DNA of 63,998 nucleotides, the filler included, from Candidatus Babelota bacterium (GTDB taxonomy: Bacteria; JAGOBX01): assembly GCA_017999075.1 (NCBI GenBank). It is 9 parts of 9 records of this genome, joined end to end, with 100 filler letters (N's around TTAATTAATTAA, not from the genome) between each part and the next. Parts side by side here need not be neighbours in the genome. Positions count along the whole stretch, not along the records: positions 1 to 24,673 come from JAGOBX010000005.1; positions 24,774 to 29,824 come from JAGOBX010000303.1; positions 29,925 to 34,954 come from JAGOBX010000304.1; 6 more parts are not named here. The stretch is one strand, 5' to 3'. The position numbers and the translations under genes are program-made. Positions 19,285 to 30,520 of the stretch are shown in pieces; position 1 is the stretch's first letter; every line of letters starts with the position of its first letter. Below the pieces are notes generated by a model. The model searched no databases. It worked only from the letters and a program-made list of their open reading frames with translations, and was not told where the DNA came from.

Positions 19285-20049
19285 ATGAAAAAAAATTTTT
19301 TATTTATAATAAGTTTTTATTTATTACTGACCGCTGCAACATGCAGCGCTGATGTTCTCTGTCAGATTTCAACTATTTATACTTTGCTGCAAGGAGAATA
19401 CGACGGACTTATAGAAATACGTGAATTATTGAAAAACGGGAACACTGGAATAGGAACTTTCCATAAACTCGACGGAGAAATGATTATGCTTGATGGAATA
19501 GTTTATCAGGTTAAATACAATGGATACGCAGTAATTCCTGACAGCAACATTACAACTCCTCTTGCGGTTACAACAAATTTTAATTCTGACAAAAAAATTG
19601 ATATAGCAAATAAAACGGATTTTAACGGACTTTCGGCATTAATAACAAAAAATCTTCCGAGCAGCAATATTTTTTATATGACAAAAATTACTGGAAATTT
19701 TGAATATATAAAAACACGCAGTGTGCCGGAACAGGATAAACCTTATCGCCCATTGACTGAAGTTGTAAAAGAACAATCTGTTTATGAATTCAGAAATTTA
19801 AAAGGAACAATAGTGGCAGTTTATTTCCCCGAATATATGAAAGAAATCAATATGTCAGGATTTCATTATCATTTTATTGATGAATCACGTTCAAAAGGCG
19901 GACATGTTCTTGATTTTGTCATAACTTCAGGAAAAATTGAAATAGATTATATAACAAATTTCAAAATGATTCTTCCTACTACAAATTCTTTTTTTAAACT
20001 TAATCTTAAAACAGGGAATCAAAAAGAACTTCATCAGGTCGAACGCTGA
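19285..20049 (+). CDS. budA: Alpha-acetolactate decarboxylase with a signal peptide
   Basis: QIST, GIGTF..LDGEM, TRSV, GFHYHF, GGHVLD. Confidence 0.88.
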   Translation: MKKNFLFIISFYLLLTAATCSADVLCQISTIYTLLQGEYDGLIEIRELLKNGNTGIGTFHKLDGEMIMLDGIVYQVKYNGYAVIPDSNITTPLAVTTNFNSDKKIDIANKTDFNGLSALITKNLPSSNIFYMTKITGNFEYIKTRSVPEQDKPYRPLTEVVKEQSVYEFRNLKGTIVAVYFPEYMKEINMSGFHYHFIDESRSKGGHVLDFVITSGKIEIDYITNFKMILPTTNSFFKLNLKTGNQKELHQVER

Positions 20050-20162
20050 TTTTATTAATGTTGAAAATCAAAACAAAAAAAAATACTGAATTCAGCAAAT
20101 TGTTATATATGTCAGAAAATAACATAAACAAAAGTTTTGTTTTTTCCAGGAATAATTTCTAA

Positions 20163-21059
20163 ATGTCTATTATTCAAAATCAGGATTTCAAACCAAGTCA
20201 AAATGAATTTTATATTGTTTCCACTCCAATTGGAAACTTGGAAGACATTACATTGAGGGCTCTAAAGATACTTAAGGAAACAGACATAATTCTATGCGAA
20301 GACACAAGAAAAACAATTATTCTGCTAAATTATTATAATATAAAAAAAAAATTATCGGTTTATAATGATTTTAATAAATTTAAAGTTATTCCGGAAATAA
20401 TCAATCTTATAAGACAGGGAAATAAAATATGTCTTGTATCAGATGCTGGAACTCCGGCAATATCAGATCCTGGTTTTCATTTAATAAAAGAATTAATATC
20501 AAACGGAATACAAATAATACCTATACCAGGGGCAAACGCAGCAATTTCCGCTTTATCAGCTTCAGGAATGCCGACTGACAATTTTATGTTTTTAGGATTT
20601 TTACCTAATAACCTTGAAAAAATTAAAAAAAAAATAAATTATTTGAAAAACATAAAAACCACTTTTGTTATTTATGAATCACCAAAACGTGTAAATAAAA
20701 CACTTCAAATTTTATATGATTCGCTTGGTTCAAAACAGATAGTCATTTGTCGGGAACTAACAAAAATATTCGAAGAATTCATAAGAGCAAACATAGAGGA
20801 ACTGCTGTCTCAAAAAAAAGAATACAAGGGAGAAATTGTAATTATAATAGATAATAGAACTGATAAAACATCAAATAATAATCAATCGTCATCCTATGAA
20901 ATATCGGATAATTTTGATGAAATTTTTATTGACCAAAAAATCATTGAATTATATAATAATTTAACAGAGTATGGCTTAAACAAAAATGATATTTTACGTT
21001 TAATTTCAAAATCATTTGAAATAAGCAAAAACAGGCTTTATGATTATTTCAAAAAATAA
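20163..21059 (+). CDS. rsmI: 16S rRNA (cytidine1402-2'-O)-methyltransferase
   Basis: TPIGNLEDITLRA, CEDTR, VSDAGTPAISDPG, RELTKIFEE. Confidence 0.95.
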   Translation: MSIIQNQDFKPSQNEFYIVSTPIGNLEDITLRALKILKETDIILCEDTRKTIILLNYYNIKKKLSVYNDFNKFKVIPEIINLIRQGNKICLVSDAGTPAISDPGFHLIKELISNGIQIIPIPGANAAISALSASGMPTDNFMFLGFLPNNLEKIKKKINYLKNIKTTFVIYESPKRVNKTLQILYDSLGSKQIVICRELTKIFEEFIRANIEELLSQKKEYKGEIVIIIDNRTDKTSNNNQSSSYEISDNFDEIFIDQKIIELYNNLTEYGLNKNDILRLISKSFEISKNRLYDYFKK

Positions 21060-21060
21060 A

Positions 21061-21537
21061 ATGAAAAAAATTTTATTTGTATGTTCCGGCAATACATGCC
21101 GCAGCCCAATGGCGGAAAATCTTTTGAAATTTGAATTAAAAAAAAATAATATAACATGTTATTCAGTTTCAAGTGCGGGTTTTTCATGTTTCCCTGGAAT
21201 GAATGCATCGAACCATGCGATTGAAGCTCTATTTGAATTAGGTATTACCGAAATAAAAAATCATAAAACCAAGTATCTATCTCAAGAATTGCTGTATGAT
21301 TATGATTATATTATTTGCATGACATCTTACATAAAAAATAATATTCAGATTAATTATCCTCAATATGCCGGAAAATTATATACGTTAAAAAATTTAACCG
21401 GAAAAATTTCAGATGAAATCAACTCTGATATTTCTGACCCGTTCGGAGGAACTATATCTGAATATACAGATTGCAGAAATGAAATTCATAAATATATTCT
21501 GCAAATTATTGAAGCTATTAAAAAAGGGGAAATTTAA
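21061..21537 (+). CDS. Low-molecular-weight protein Tyr/Arg phosphatase (YwlE-like)
   Basis: VCSGNTCRSPMAE; DISDPFGG. Confidence 0.9.
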   Translation: MKKILFVCSGNTCRSPMAENLLKFELKKNNITCYSVSSAGFSCFPGMNASNHAIEALFELGITEIKNHKTKYLSQELLYDYDYIICMTSYIKNNIQINYPQYAGKLYTLKNLTGKISDEINSDISDPFGGTISEYTDCRNEIHKYILQIIEAIKKGEI

Positions 21538-21540
21538 ATT

Positions 21541-22620
21541 ATGAAACATATATTACTTGAAGAAAAACATAAATCTCTTGGAGCAAAATTTATTGAATTC
21601 GGCGGTTGGAACATGCCTGTTCATTACGGAAGTATAATTGATGAACACAATTCTGTAAGAAATAATGCGGGCGTGTTTGACGTATCTCATATGGGGAAAT
21701 TATTTATTTCGGGAAAAGATTCTCAAAAATTTTTATCCGATGTTCTTCCTGCTGATATTAACGGGATTAAAGAAGGAAAAGGAGTTTATACTCAGTTGTT
21801 GAATAATAATGCCGGAATCATCGACGACCTTATAGTTTATAAAATATCTTCCGATAATTATTTTATAATTGTCAATGCAGCAAATATAGAAAAAGATTTT
21901 AAAACATTCAGTTCTATTATTAAAAATTATGATTGCAGTATAAATAATTTGTCTGAAAATTTTTGTATTTTCGCAGTACAGGGAAAAAATGCATGGCAGG
22001 TTGTAGATAAAGTGCTTAATATATCGTCATCAGATATTAGGCGGTTTAATTTTATTGAGATTCAATATAAAGGATCAAGATGTTTTATCTGCAGAACAGG
22101 TTATACCGGTGAAGACGGATTTGAAATAGTTCCTCATAATAATGCGGCGCCTGAAATTTTCAGCAGGATTACAGAAGAAATAAAAAATATCTGCGGAAAA
22201 ATGTGCGGATTAGGGTGCAGGGACACTTTACGACTGGAAGCAGGATATATGCTTCACGGACATGATATTGACGAAACAACAACTCCGGTCGAAGCCGGGC
22301 TTGAATGGTCCATTAAAGGGAAAGGATATATTGCAGAATCTGTAATTCAATCTCAGATTAAAAATGGAGTTCAGAAAAAAATTGCCGGGTTTGTTGTTAA
22401 AGATAAGGGAATTATAAGATCTAATTGCAGTATTATTTCAGAAGGAAAAATCATAGGGAATATTACGAGCGGAAGTTTTTCGCCAACTTTAAACAAATCA
22501 ATTGGAATAGGTTACATTCACCCTGATTATTTTTCTAATGGTAAAAGTATATACGCTGATGTCCGCGGAAAGTTTTTATTAATAGAAAGAGTCAAACTTC
22601 CATTCTTGAAAAAAATATGA
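21541..22620 (+). CDS. gcvT: Glycine cleavage system aminomethyltransferase T
   Basis: FGGWNMPV, FDVSHMG, RTGYTGEDGFE, RDTLRLEAG. Confidence 0.95.
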   Translation: MKHILLEEKHKSLGAKFIEFGGWNMPVHYGSIIDEHNSVRNNAGVFDVSHMGKLFISGKDSQKFLSDVLPADINGIKEGKGVYTQLLNNNAGIIDDLIVYKISSDNYFIIVNAANIEKDFKTFSSIIKNYDCSINNLSENFCIFAVQGKNAWQVVDKVLNISSSDIRRFNFIEIQYKGSRCFICRTGYTGEDGFEIVPHNNAAPEIFSRITEEIKNICGKMCGLGCRDTLRLEAGYMLHGHDIDETTTPVEAGLEWSIKGKGYIAESVIQSQIKNGVQKKIAGFVVKDKGIIRSNCSIISEGKIIGNITSGSFSPTLNKSIGIGYIHPDYFSNGKSIYADVRGKFLLIERVKLPFLKKI

Positions 22621-23687
22621 AAGTTGCTTCAATTTTAAAGTCTCTGTTCATTATTTGCGGAATTATATTATCATTGTATTTGATATATTACGGCAGTATT
22701 ATAGGAGACATTTCTGATGAATCTGAAAATATAAATAAAAATTATCAATCTTCCAAAAACGTAAATTTTACAACAATTCCTGATACTGTGCCTTCGCTGG
22801 AAAATATTACCGATTCAAATAATTCATTAATAAATGATTCGCTTATTTTATCTGATACATCTCCATATTCAGTAAATTTGCACTCTAAAATAGAGAACAA
22901 ACCTTCACCTGAACATTTTAAATCAGATGTATCTTTCCATAAAATACCTTCAAAACATCAATCTGAAGATATTTTAAAAAAACAAATAATTCCCGAACAG
23001 GAATTAAAAAATTATATTATTCAAAATTCAATTATTCAACCTGAATCTGACGATTTGAATGACACTAAAAACATGATTTTTATTCCTGCAGGAAATTTCG
23101 AGTTTGGAGATAAAGAAACAAAAAAGAATATTTTTGTGGAAGAATTTTATATTGATAAATTTGAAGTTTCAAACGCCGAATTTAAAACAGTTTTCAATGA
23201 TTTCAAATATAACCCCGGCGATGACAACAAACCTGTTACGCAGATTACTATATCGGAAGCAATGAATTACGCCAGACGAAAAGGAAAAGATTTGCCGACA
23301 GCATTCGAATGGGAAAAAGCTGCAGGCTGGAACAGCAAATTAAATAAAAAACATTTATATCCTTGGGGTGACGAATTTAAAAAAAATTATACTGTATCTT
23401 TTGAAAACAGCGGGTTTGCATTGGCGGAAATTTATGGAATAAAATATAAAGATATAAGTTCTTACGGAGTGATATTCATGGCTGGAAATGTTTCGGAATG
23501 GACTAAAACAAGGCTTCACGAAATCATGCCTGATTCAGATAATAAAATAAAGAATAATTATATATGTAAAGGCGGATCTTTTGTTGATACCGGAGAGAAA
23601 TGTTCGGTTGATTACATATATCATTCAAACGGAGCTGCTCAAACAGGTATCGGGTTCAGATGCGTCAAAAGAATAAAATCAAACTGA
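22617..23687 (+). CDS. Membrane-anchored FGE-sulfatase (SUMF1-family) domain protein
   Basis: FYIDKFEVSN, LPTAFEWEKAA, YPWG, MAGNVSEW, GFRCV. Confidence 0.85.
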   Translation: MKVASILKSLFIICGIILSLYLIYYGSIIGDISDESENINKNYQSSKNVNFTTIPDTVPSLENITDSNNSLINDSLILSDTSPYSVNLHSKIENKPSPEHFKSDVSFHKIPSKHQSEDILKKQIIPEQELKNYIIQNSIIQPESDDLNDTKNMIFIPAGNFEFGDKETKKNIFVEEFYIDKFEVSNAEFKTVFNDFKYNPGDDNKPVTQITISEAMNYARRKGKDLPTAFEWEKAAGWNSKLNKKHLYPWGDEFKKNYTVSFENSGFALAEIYGIKYKDISSYGVIFMAGNVSEWTKTRLHEIMPDSDNKIKNNYICKGGSFVDTGEKCSVDYIYHSNGAAQTGIGFRCVKRIKSN

Positions 23688-24662
23688 AGTAATTAAAAGA
23701 ATACCAAGTCCTAAAAATAATATGGCTGAAAATAATTTTGATAGCGCTATATGCCTGTTAAAAAATCTTAATAATTTATTTGAACCTGCTCCTTTATAAA
23801 CAGCGAAAAGGATTATCAATAAAGGGATAACAAACATCGCGTTATATAGAAAAAGATAAAAATAAGATTTTAGCCTGTAGTCTGTATTTTTTGATACAAA
23901 CATTATTGTTGGAAGATATATTTGTCCTGTACATCCGAATTCATATAGAGAAACCGTCATTCCGCAAAAAAACATCGGTAAAATCAGTGAAACTGATTTC
24001 CCTGATTTTTTTATAATATCATGTATTTTTATTTTTTTATCAATAGGCAACTGCATAAGCAATTTGTCAGTTTTACCTCTGCAGCATAGGACAAAATCAT
24101 AAAAATTTAAAATAGATAGAACGAATAGTATTATTGAAAATAAATAAAAAACATATTTTATAAATATTTTTAGAAATGAGAAATTATACATGAATTCAAT
24201 CAATCCTGCTCCGACCGAATAATAAGCGATAAAAATTCCTGCAATAAAACTTAATCCCGAAAACAGTATTATTTTTTTTTCTTTTTTCAAAACTATAAAA
24301 TAAGATACCAAAAAAATAATTACTGCAAATGAGCAAGGATTGATCCCATCTATTAATCCGGCTGCAAGAACAGCAATAACTGAAAATTTTTCAAACCTCT
24401 CCGCTATACGCTGTTTTCCTGTTTCAGAATAATAATCTTCAGCAATAAACCTGTATTCCTCACCAGCATATTTTTCGAGTTTTTCGTTCAATGAATGTAA
24501 ATTTAAATCGTTTCTAATAAGATGATTTGACTTCACGAATACTGCTGGAACTATAAGTCTGTTTTCACGGTTGACTCCGAACTTTTCACATAAAGATTCA
24601 TATAACACAGTAGAATAACTATCAGTTATATTAAACTTTATAATATTTATCAGGGGATTGGA
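23679..24662 (-). CDS. CcdA/DsbD-like membrane protein (5' end uncertain at contig edge)
   Basis: AGLIDGINPC and EFGCTGQIYLP cysteine motifs, several TM segments. Confidence 0.75.
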   Translation of the reverse strand, partial: SNPLINIIKFNITDSYSTVLYESLCEKFGVNRENRLIVPAVFVKSNHLIRNDLNLHSLNEKLEKYAGEEYRFIAEDYYSETGKQRIAERFEKFSVIAVLAAGLIDGINPCSFAVIIFLVSYFIVLKKEKKIILFSGLSFIAGIFIAYYSVGAGLIEFMYNFSFLKIFIKYVFYLFSIILFVLSILNFYDFVLCCRGKTDKLLMQLPIDKKIKIHDIIKKSGKSVSLILPMFFCGMTVSLYEFGCTGQIYLPTIMFVSKNTDYRLKSYFYLFLYNAMFVIPLLIILFAVYKGAGSNKLLRFFNRHIALSKLFSAILFLGLGILLITSV

Positions 24663-24673
24663 CTATTTTATTA

Positions 24674-24773
24674 NNNNNNNNNNNNNNNNNNNNNNNNNNN
24701 NNNNNNNNNNNNNNNNNTTAATTAATTAANNNNNNNNNNNNNNNNNNNNNNNNNNNNNNNNNNNNNNNNNNNN
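24674..24773. other. Artificial contig linker (also 29825-29924, 34955-35054, 40042-40141, 45074-45173, 50094-50193, 55111-55210, 60111-60210)
   Basis: Identical 100-nt N44-TTAATTAATTAA-N44 spacers; intervening contigs fall steadily in length from 5051 to 4900 nt. Confidence 0.98.
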
Positions 24774-27700
24774 TTTTCAACCGATTTCCCATCTGAATAA
24801 GCAACAGTTCCCTGCGGCCAGTAATTTTGTGACGGAAGATTCCAGCCATTAGTCCCCCAGTGCAGCTTACCTGCTTTAGAACCTGTAATGGTTATAGTAT
24901 CGCGTTCAGTTGGAAATTTCGGGGACCATACTAACTCAGGCCCTTCATTGCCTCCCACCCAAACATGAAATATTTCAGATTTAGCAATATTTCCAAGATT
25001 ATCTTCAGTTTCAACATAATAATCAATTAACGTATTTTTAAATCCGTTCACACTGGCAAAATATCTTTTTGCTTTATAAGTAGGGGGAAGGCCTTTTGAA
25101 CTCATTTTCACATCTTCAGCAGTCATAGAAATTGTCTGCCATGGTCCTACTCCTAACCCGCCGGCGTATATTTCATTTGCAACATCGTTTATAGGATTTT
25201 CTCCATCGTCATCTATTCTATATTTTAATTGAACACGTTTCAATCCTGATACATCATAAACAAAAGTCCATACATCAAAATTATTAGGCTGCATCCCTAT
25301 AAACGCCTCTTCTGCTCCAGGATTATACGGCTGACGCTGAAGCGGAAATATTGTAGGACCAACTTGATCCTGTCCCGAATTTATAACCTGATCGGCAAAA
25401 ACCATAGCGTTGTTTGCCGCCATTGTAGGTTTATCATCCCATTCTTCTTTTCCATCCCAGTACCAGTAGCAGCTTGTCTGACCTACAAGATAATGATGCC
25501 ATGCTTTTTCGGATATTGAACCGTTGCCCGATATTACAGCATCAACAGATTGATATGGAGATATTTTCTGCATAGTAGCCATCCTGTTTCTTGCTGCAGT
25601 CATAACTGCCCAGGAATTCCAGTCGCTTGATGTGCCGTTTGTAAAATCGACTTTTCCGCTGTAATATGGATCCCCTATCCATTTATGTAATTCAGAATTA
25701 CCTAAATCAGCGCCTACCCAGCACCCCTGTTCAACTTGAACAACATCGTTTGCGTCAGGGGGAAACATATCAAGGTAATCCTGAATCGTTATAAGTTCAA
25801 TATCCCCTGATCCCGGTGTACAACTTTCAAGATAATATCTGTTGCCGCTTGCTCCGGCATTATCTCCGTCGTGAGCAGCCACGATTAGCAGCGGATGAGA
25901 ATTGTCGTCATTCAACTGCCATAAATTGCCCATCATACTCGGCGGATTTCTGTCACCGTAAGAATCATTATATCCTATTGAACGTTCAGTCGGAACACCT
26001 ATTATTCTTTTAATTTCTCCTGTATTCGGATTTACCCATTGAACCCAGTGAGGTCTTAATCCAACAGCAGAAACATCATTTGAAGTATTGGTTTCGCAAT
26101 TTAAACGAACATATTTTGATTGAACAGGATTTAATTGATCCGCTTTATTGGCAGGATTAATTTTTTCACCTGACTGCCAAGGATAATTCTTATTGCAGTG
26201 ATCAATATGAGCATTGTCTATCATTACCCATTGAACGCCTTCGTCAACCAGCCCTGGTATCATACTTAAACTGAACGCATTTTCAGGAGGAAACATTCCT
26301 TTTGAAACAGGATCCCCGAAAGTCCGCTGAATAACACGTTTATGCATTTTTATCTGAAGCCGTAAATCATCGTATTCTATAAATGGCATTAGCGGATGAT
26401 GATACCCGAATAAAACCATATCCACACGAGTGTTATTTTTTTCTGTTTTAAAATTTTCGTGAGCCCATTTATAGGTATTCATCCAGTCTCCGCCATACCC
26501 TATTCCAGAACTTGACAAATTATTTAAATTTTCTATCAAGGAACCGGAATAACTGATTTGAACTCCGGCATTTTTCCACGGACTTCCTTCATAAGCAACT
26601 TTTTGTGAAACAAAATCTATCGGTAAATGCGTATAAGAATTTATTCTGTCAGGCCAGGTTAAAACATCCAGCACAGGCGTAGTATTTTTTGGATTTCCAG
26701 CAGTATTTACAATATTCTCATATGGCCAGTAAATAGGCTGATGCTGATGCCAGTGATATGCAAAATACATTTTATCTGATGTCTGACGCTGACGAGGAAC
26801 AGCATTCGAAGGATAACTGAATTCACTTTCTCTTGCAATACTGTTCTGCGCTTTCAATTTGTAGTAATATGTAGTGTTATTTGTTAATCCATTATCAGTA
26901 TAATTTGTAGAAACAACAATATTTGAATTTATTTTATTAAAATTAATCCCGTCTGTTGACCTGTAAATATTATACCCAGACAAATCACTTTCAATGTTTG
27001 CTGTCCAAACAAGGTCAATCGCACCATCTTTCCCATAAGCAATTAAGCCTACAGGCGACGCAGGAGCAGGATTTGCGTCAGGAACAACGCTCTTTTCTGT
27101 TGTATATTGGCTGTATTGATCCGAATTATCCACAGCTTTCAGCCGATAATAATATCTTGTTCCATTTACCGCTGAATTATCCGTATATGTGGAGGTTGTC
27201 AATAATCCTCCGATTTGTTCATATCCAGAACCGGATACAATCGATCGTTCAAGAATATATCCTTTCAAATCAGATTCTGTATTAGCCGACCATGATATTC
27301 TAACTGAATTGTTCAGCGCTTGTAAATTAAAATTACCTGGAGTCTGCGGCGGCAAATCCCCGACTACTGCCCAGCGATTGCTTACAATCATAGTTCCGGC
27401 ATTCTGATTTATAACATTGAGCTCCCTGTTTTTTGAAGTAGTTAAAAAATCTTGTTCCCAAGCCCCATTATCTTTTACGTATTTATATTGTAAAAACGAA
27501 CCTTCGATTAGATTTATTGTTTTTGTCCAGATATTATTTCCTGTATTTGTCATCTGATTTTGAAGAGCACTCCATGAAGGAGTCAATAAATCTCCTGCTA
27601 TTTGAACCGAAGTGAATCCTGACTGGTTGGTCATATCAATATTAAATGTAACTGCTATAGAATTTACAGGAGTTGCATTTATTTCTGCAGATTTAGAACT

Positions 27701-29824
27701 TTCCTGCAGCTGAGTATTTACCGCAGAAATATTATAATAATATTTTGTTCCGTTTACAATTGCCGTATCTGTAAAATTATTTTGTAAAATCAATGACGAA
27801 TTAATTTTTACAAATCCACTTCCTGAAGTAAGACTGCGGTAAACATTATACCCTGAAATATCTAATTCACTGTTTGCTGTCCATGTTAAAGTAATTTTTC
27901 CGTTGCCTGCAGATACAGATAAATCACGTGGCGCTGCTGGCGGCGGCGTTTGAGTTATCGTAATTCCAATCTGAACACTGAATACGCTTTCATTTCCAGC
28001 TTTGTCAACTGCTGTAACAACATAATAATATGTCTGATTTAATTGCAGCGCATAATTTGTAAATTGAAGAGATGTTAATAACGGACCGTTTATTTTCACA
28101 AATCCAGAACCGCTTGTCTGGCTCCGGTAAACATTATATCCTGACAAATCCTGTTCTGCATTAGCTGTCCATCTGATTACAGCCTGACCTATTCCAGCAT
28201 CAGCAATTATTCCAGTTGGAGACGATGGAGCTGATGTATCATCAGAAAAACTTCCGTTATTTATTGTAAAATTAAAACTGAATTCTCCGTTTCCTGTCAA
28301 TTCTATAGTTTTTGTTAAAGGAAGTAAATAATTGCCTTCAGTTCCATCGCTAAAAACCGAGTTATATTGAGCTCCTCTAAAAGTAATTATTGCCTGGCCG
28401 CCGTTTGAATTTCGCAATCCATAACTTGATCCGGCAATTCCGCCCACAATTTCCAAATTTGTTTTGCCATTTATCATCATATCATTCAAATTCGGAGATA
28501 ATCCAAATCTTATATTTAAATTTCCTGAAACATTTTCTTTATAATCTGCTGTTAATACATCGCTGTTATCAGCAAGTCTAATAATTTTTTCTATTAAGCC
28601 GTCACTTGAAACAAATTTGAATCCAGGACCTTTAGGAGGTGCGGCATCTATTGTCAAACTTAAATTAATACTACTGGTAATATTTTTTTGAACAGTTACT
28701 GATGATGCGCTGGTTATATACCCTGATTTTGAAGCAATTACTGTTTTTTCGCCAACTGGCGCATTTATAAATATATAATATCCGTTTATATCCGATAAAG
28801 TAGTCAAACTTCCTATAGTTACTGAAACTCCGGATAATTGAGTTCCTGAAACAGCATCAGTTACTATCCCTGATACTATCCCTGTATCAACAATGCCTGA
28901 AGAACCGCCTATGCTCGCAAACGGAACTGTAAAAATGTCGATATCTCCCCATTCAAGCGGAGAATTATAATCAGTAGCTCCGGTAGTATTATAATTTGTA
29001 GAATCGGCAGGAATACAATCTATTCCCGACTGCATATCTCCGTCTCCGTGGCCAACCATAATTTTTACAGTCTGCGGATTCGGATTTCCAATTAAAGACA
29101 ACGGAACCGCTATTTCAAAAAAACTGTCTCTGCTGTTCCAAGCATGATTCTGAGTTCCGAAAACAGCCCCGTCTTTTGTCCGCAAAATCATTTCTCTTGC
29201 TCCGGCGCCGCTTTTTCCTTGAAGTCCATCTGTTTTTGTGTATCTGAACGCATCAGGCTGCCATTTACTTGCTCCATTATTTTCATAAGGATATAAAAAC
29301 GGACCCTGCCAAAAATTACTGGCAAAATATATCATATAATCAGGTTTATTCTGACCGCCGAACAATTGTCCTTTATGCCAAGCATCGTATTCTCCTGAAT
29401 TCATACCCTGAGCATTTACTCCGCTGTATCCCTTACCGTCTATTACATCAAGCGCGACCCATTGCGGCAGATTCATGGTATATGGCTTATCGCCGCTTCC
29501 TGCATTTGCCGGATCAGCGACATCTCTAACATCAGAAATCTGTATTCCAATATAAAGATTATTCAGATCATACGCCATATACAAAGCAGTATAATCAAAT
29601 TGTGGCTCATGATGTGCTCCGCATAACCACGAAGCATTATCAAGAACCGGAGCAGTGCATACCAAATCAGCATCGCTCCAGTCAGCAGGATTTCCATCAA
29701 CAACTATTGTCTTAATTTGATTGGGCGCTAATGCAGGACTTCTGCTTCCGCTTTTTGACCTTGATGATTCAGATGTCACAGATGTTATTGAATATAAATC
29801 ATTATCATATTTTCCTTGAAAAAA
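24774..29824 (-). CDS. Giant multidomain alpha-glucan-active enzyme (GH57/GH119-like, FN3 x4, CBM20); partial at both ends
   Basis: HWHQHQPIYWP, GYHHPLMP, FPPENAF and AHDGDN motifs; four FN3 repeats; CBM20-like QYKYV; frame open to both contig ends. Confidence 0.8.
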
Positions 29825-29924
29825 NNNNNNNNNNNNNNNNNNNNNNNNNNNNNNNNNNNNNNNNNNNNTTAATTAATTAANNNNNNNNNNNNNNNNNNNN
29901 NNNNNNNNNNNNNNNNNNNNNNNN

Positions 29925-30367
29925 GTTCTTCTTGTTCCACAGCAGGTGGAATCAAAACCACAACTTTTGCAGTATTAATATTAACTTTAATAGCAATGAT
30001 AAAAGATAATGATAAAGTCGAATTATATCACAAACAAATACCTAAATACCTTATAAATAAAACTATTTCCGTAGTAACAATTTATTTTATCATAGTATTA
30101 ATAACTACAGGGTTTATTCTCCACATAGAACATAATAAACTAGGCGATAACTCTTTTGTAAAAGTTTTATTTGAAACTGTTTCTGCTATAGGTACAGTGG
30201 GATTAAGCATGGACGTAACTCCTAAACTATCCGACATTTCAAAAACAATCTATATTTTTATTATGTTCATTGGAAGAATAGGTCTTTTATCTTTTGCTGT
30301 AGCATTTGTTTCAAAAGAAAAAAAATTTTATTATAAACTTCCTGAAGAAAAAGTTTTAATAGGTTAA
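29925..30367 (+). CDS. TrkH/KtrB potassium uptake protein, C-terminal part
   Basis: STAGGIKTTT, FETVSAIGTVGLS, MFIGRIG. Confidence 0.9.
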
Positions 30368-30520
30368 TAAAAAAAATATATATAAATTATTAATAAAATT
30401 GATAATTTTTTCATTTTTATTGCATTTTTCATATGAATTTGATATAGTTAAAATAAAAATATATTAGATTGTCATAATTGAAATATTTTATAATAAAATA
30501 TTTAATATAATAGGAAATAT

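Noticed and set aside
24663-24665. In-frame TAG in the CcdA-like gene suggesting stop-codon recoding
   Set aside because: About 10 nt from a contig end, where errors are common; TAG appears to be a genuine stop at 4934
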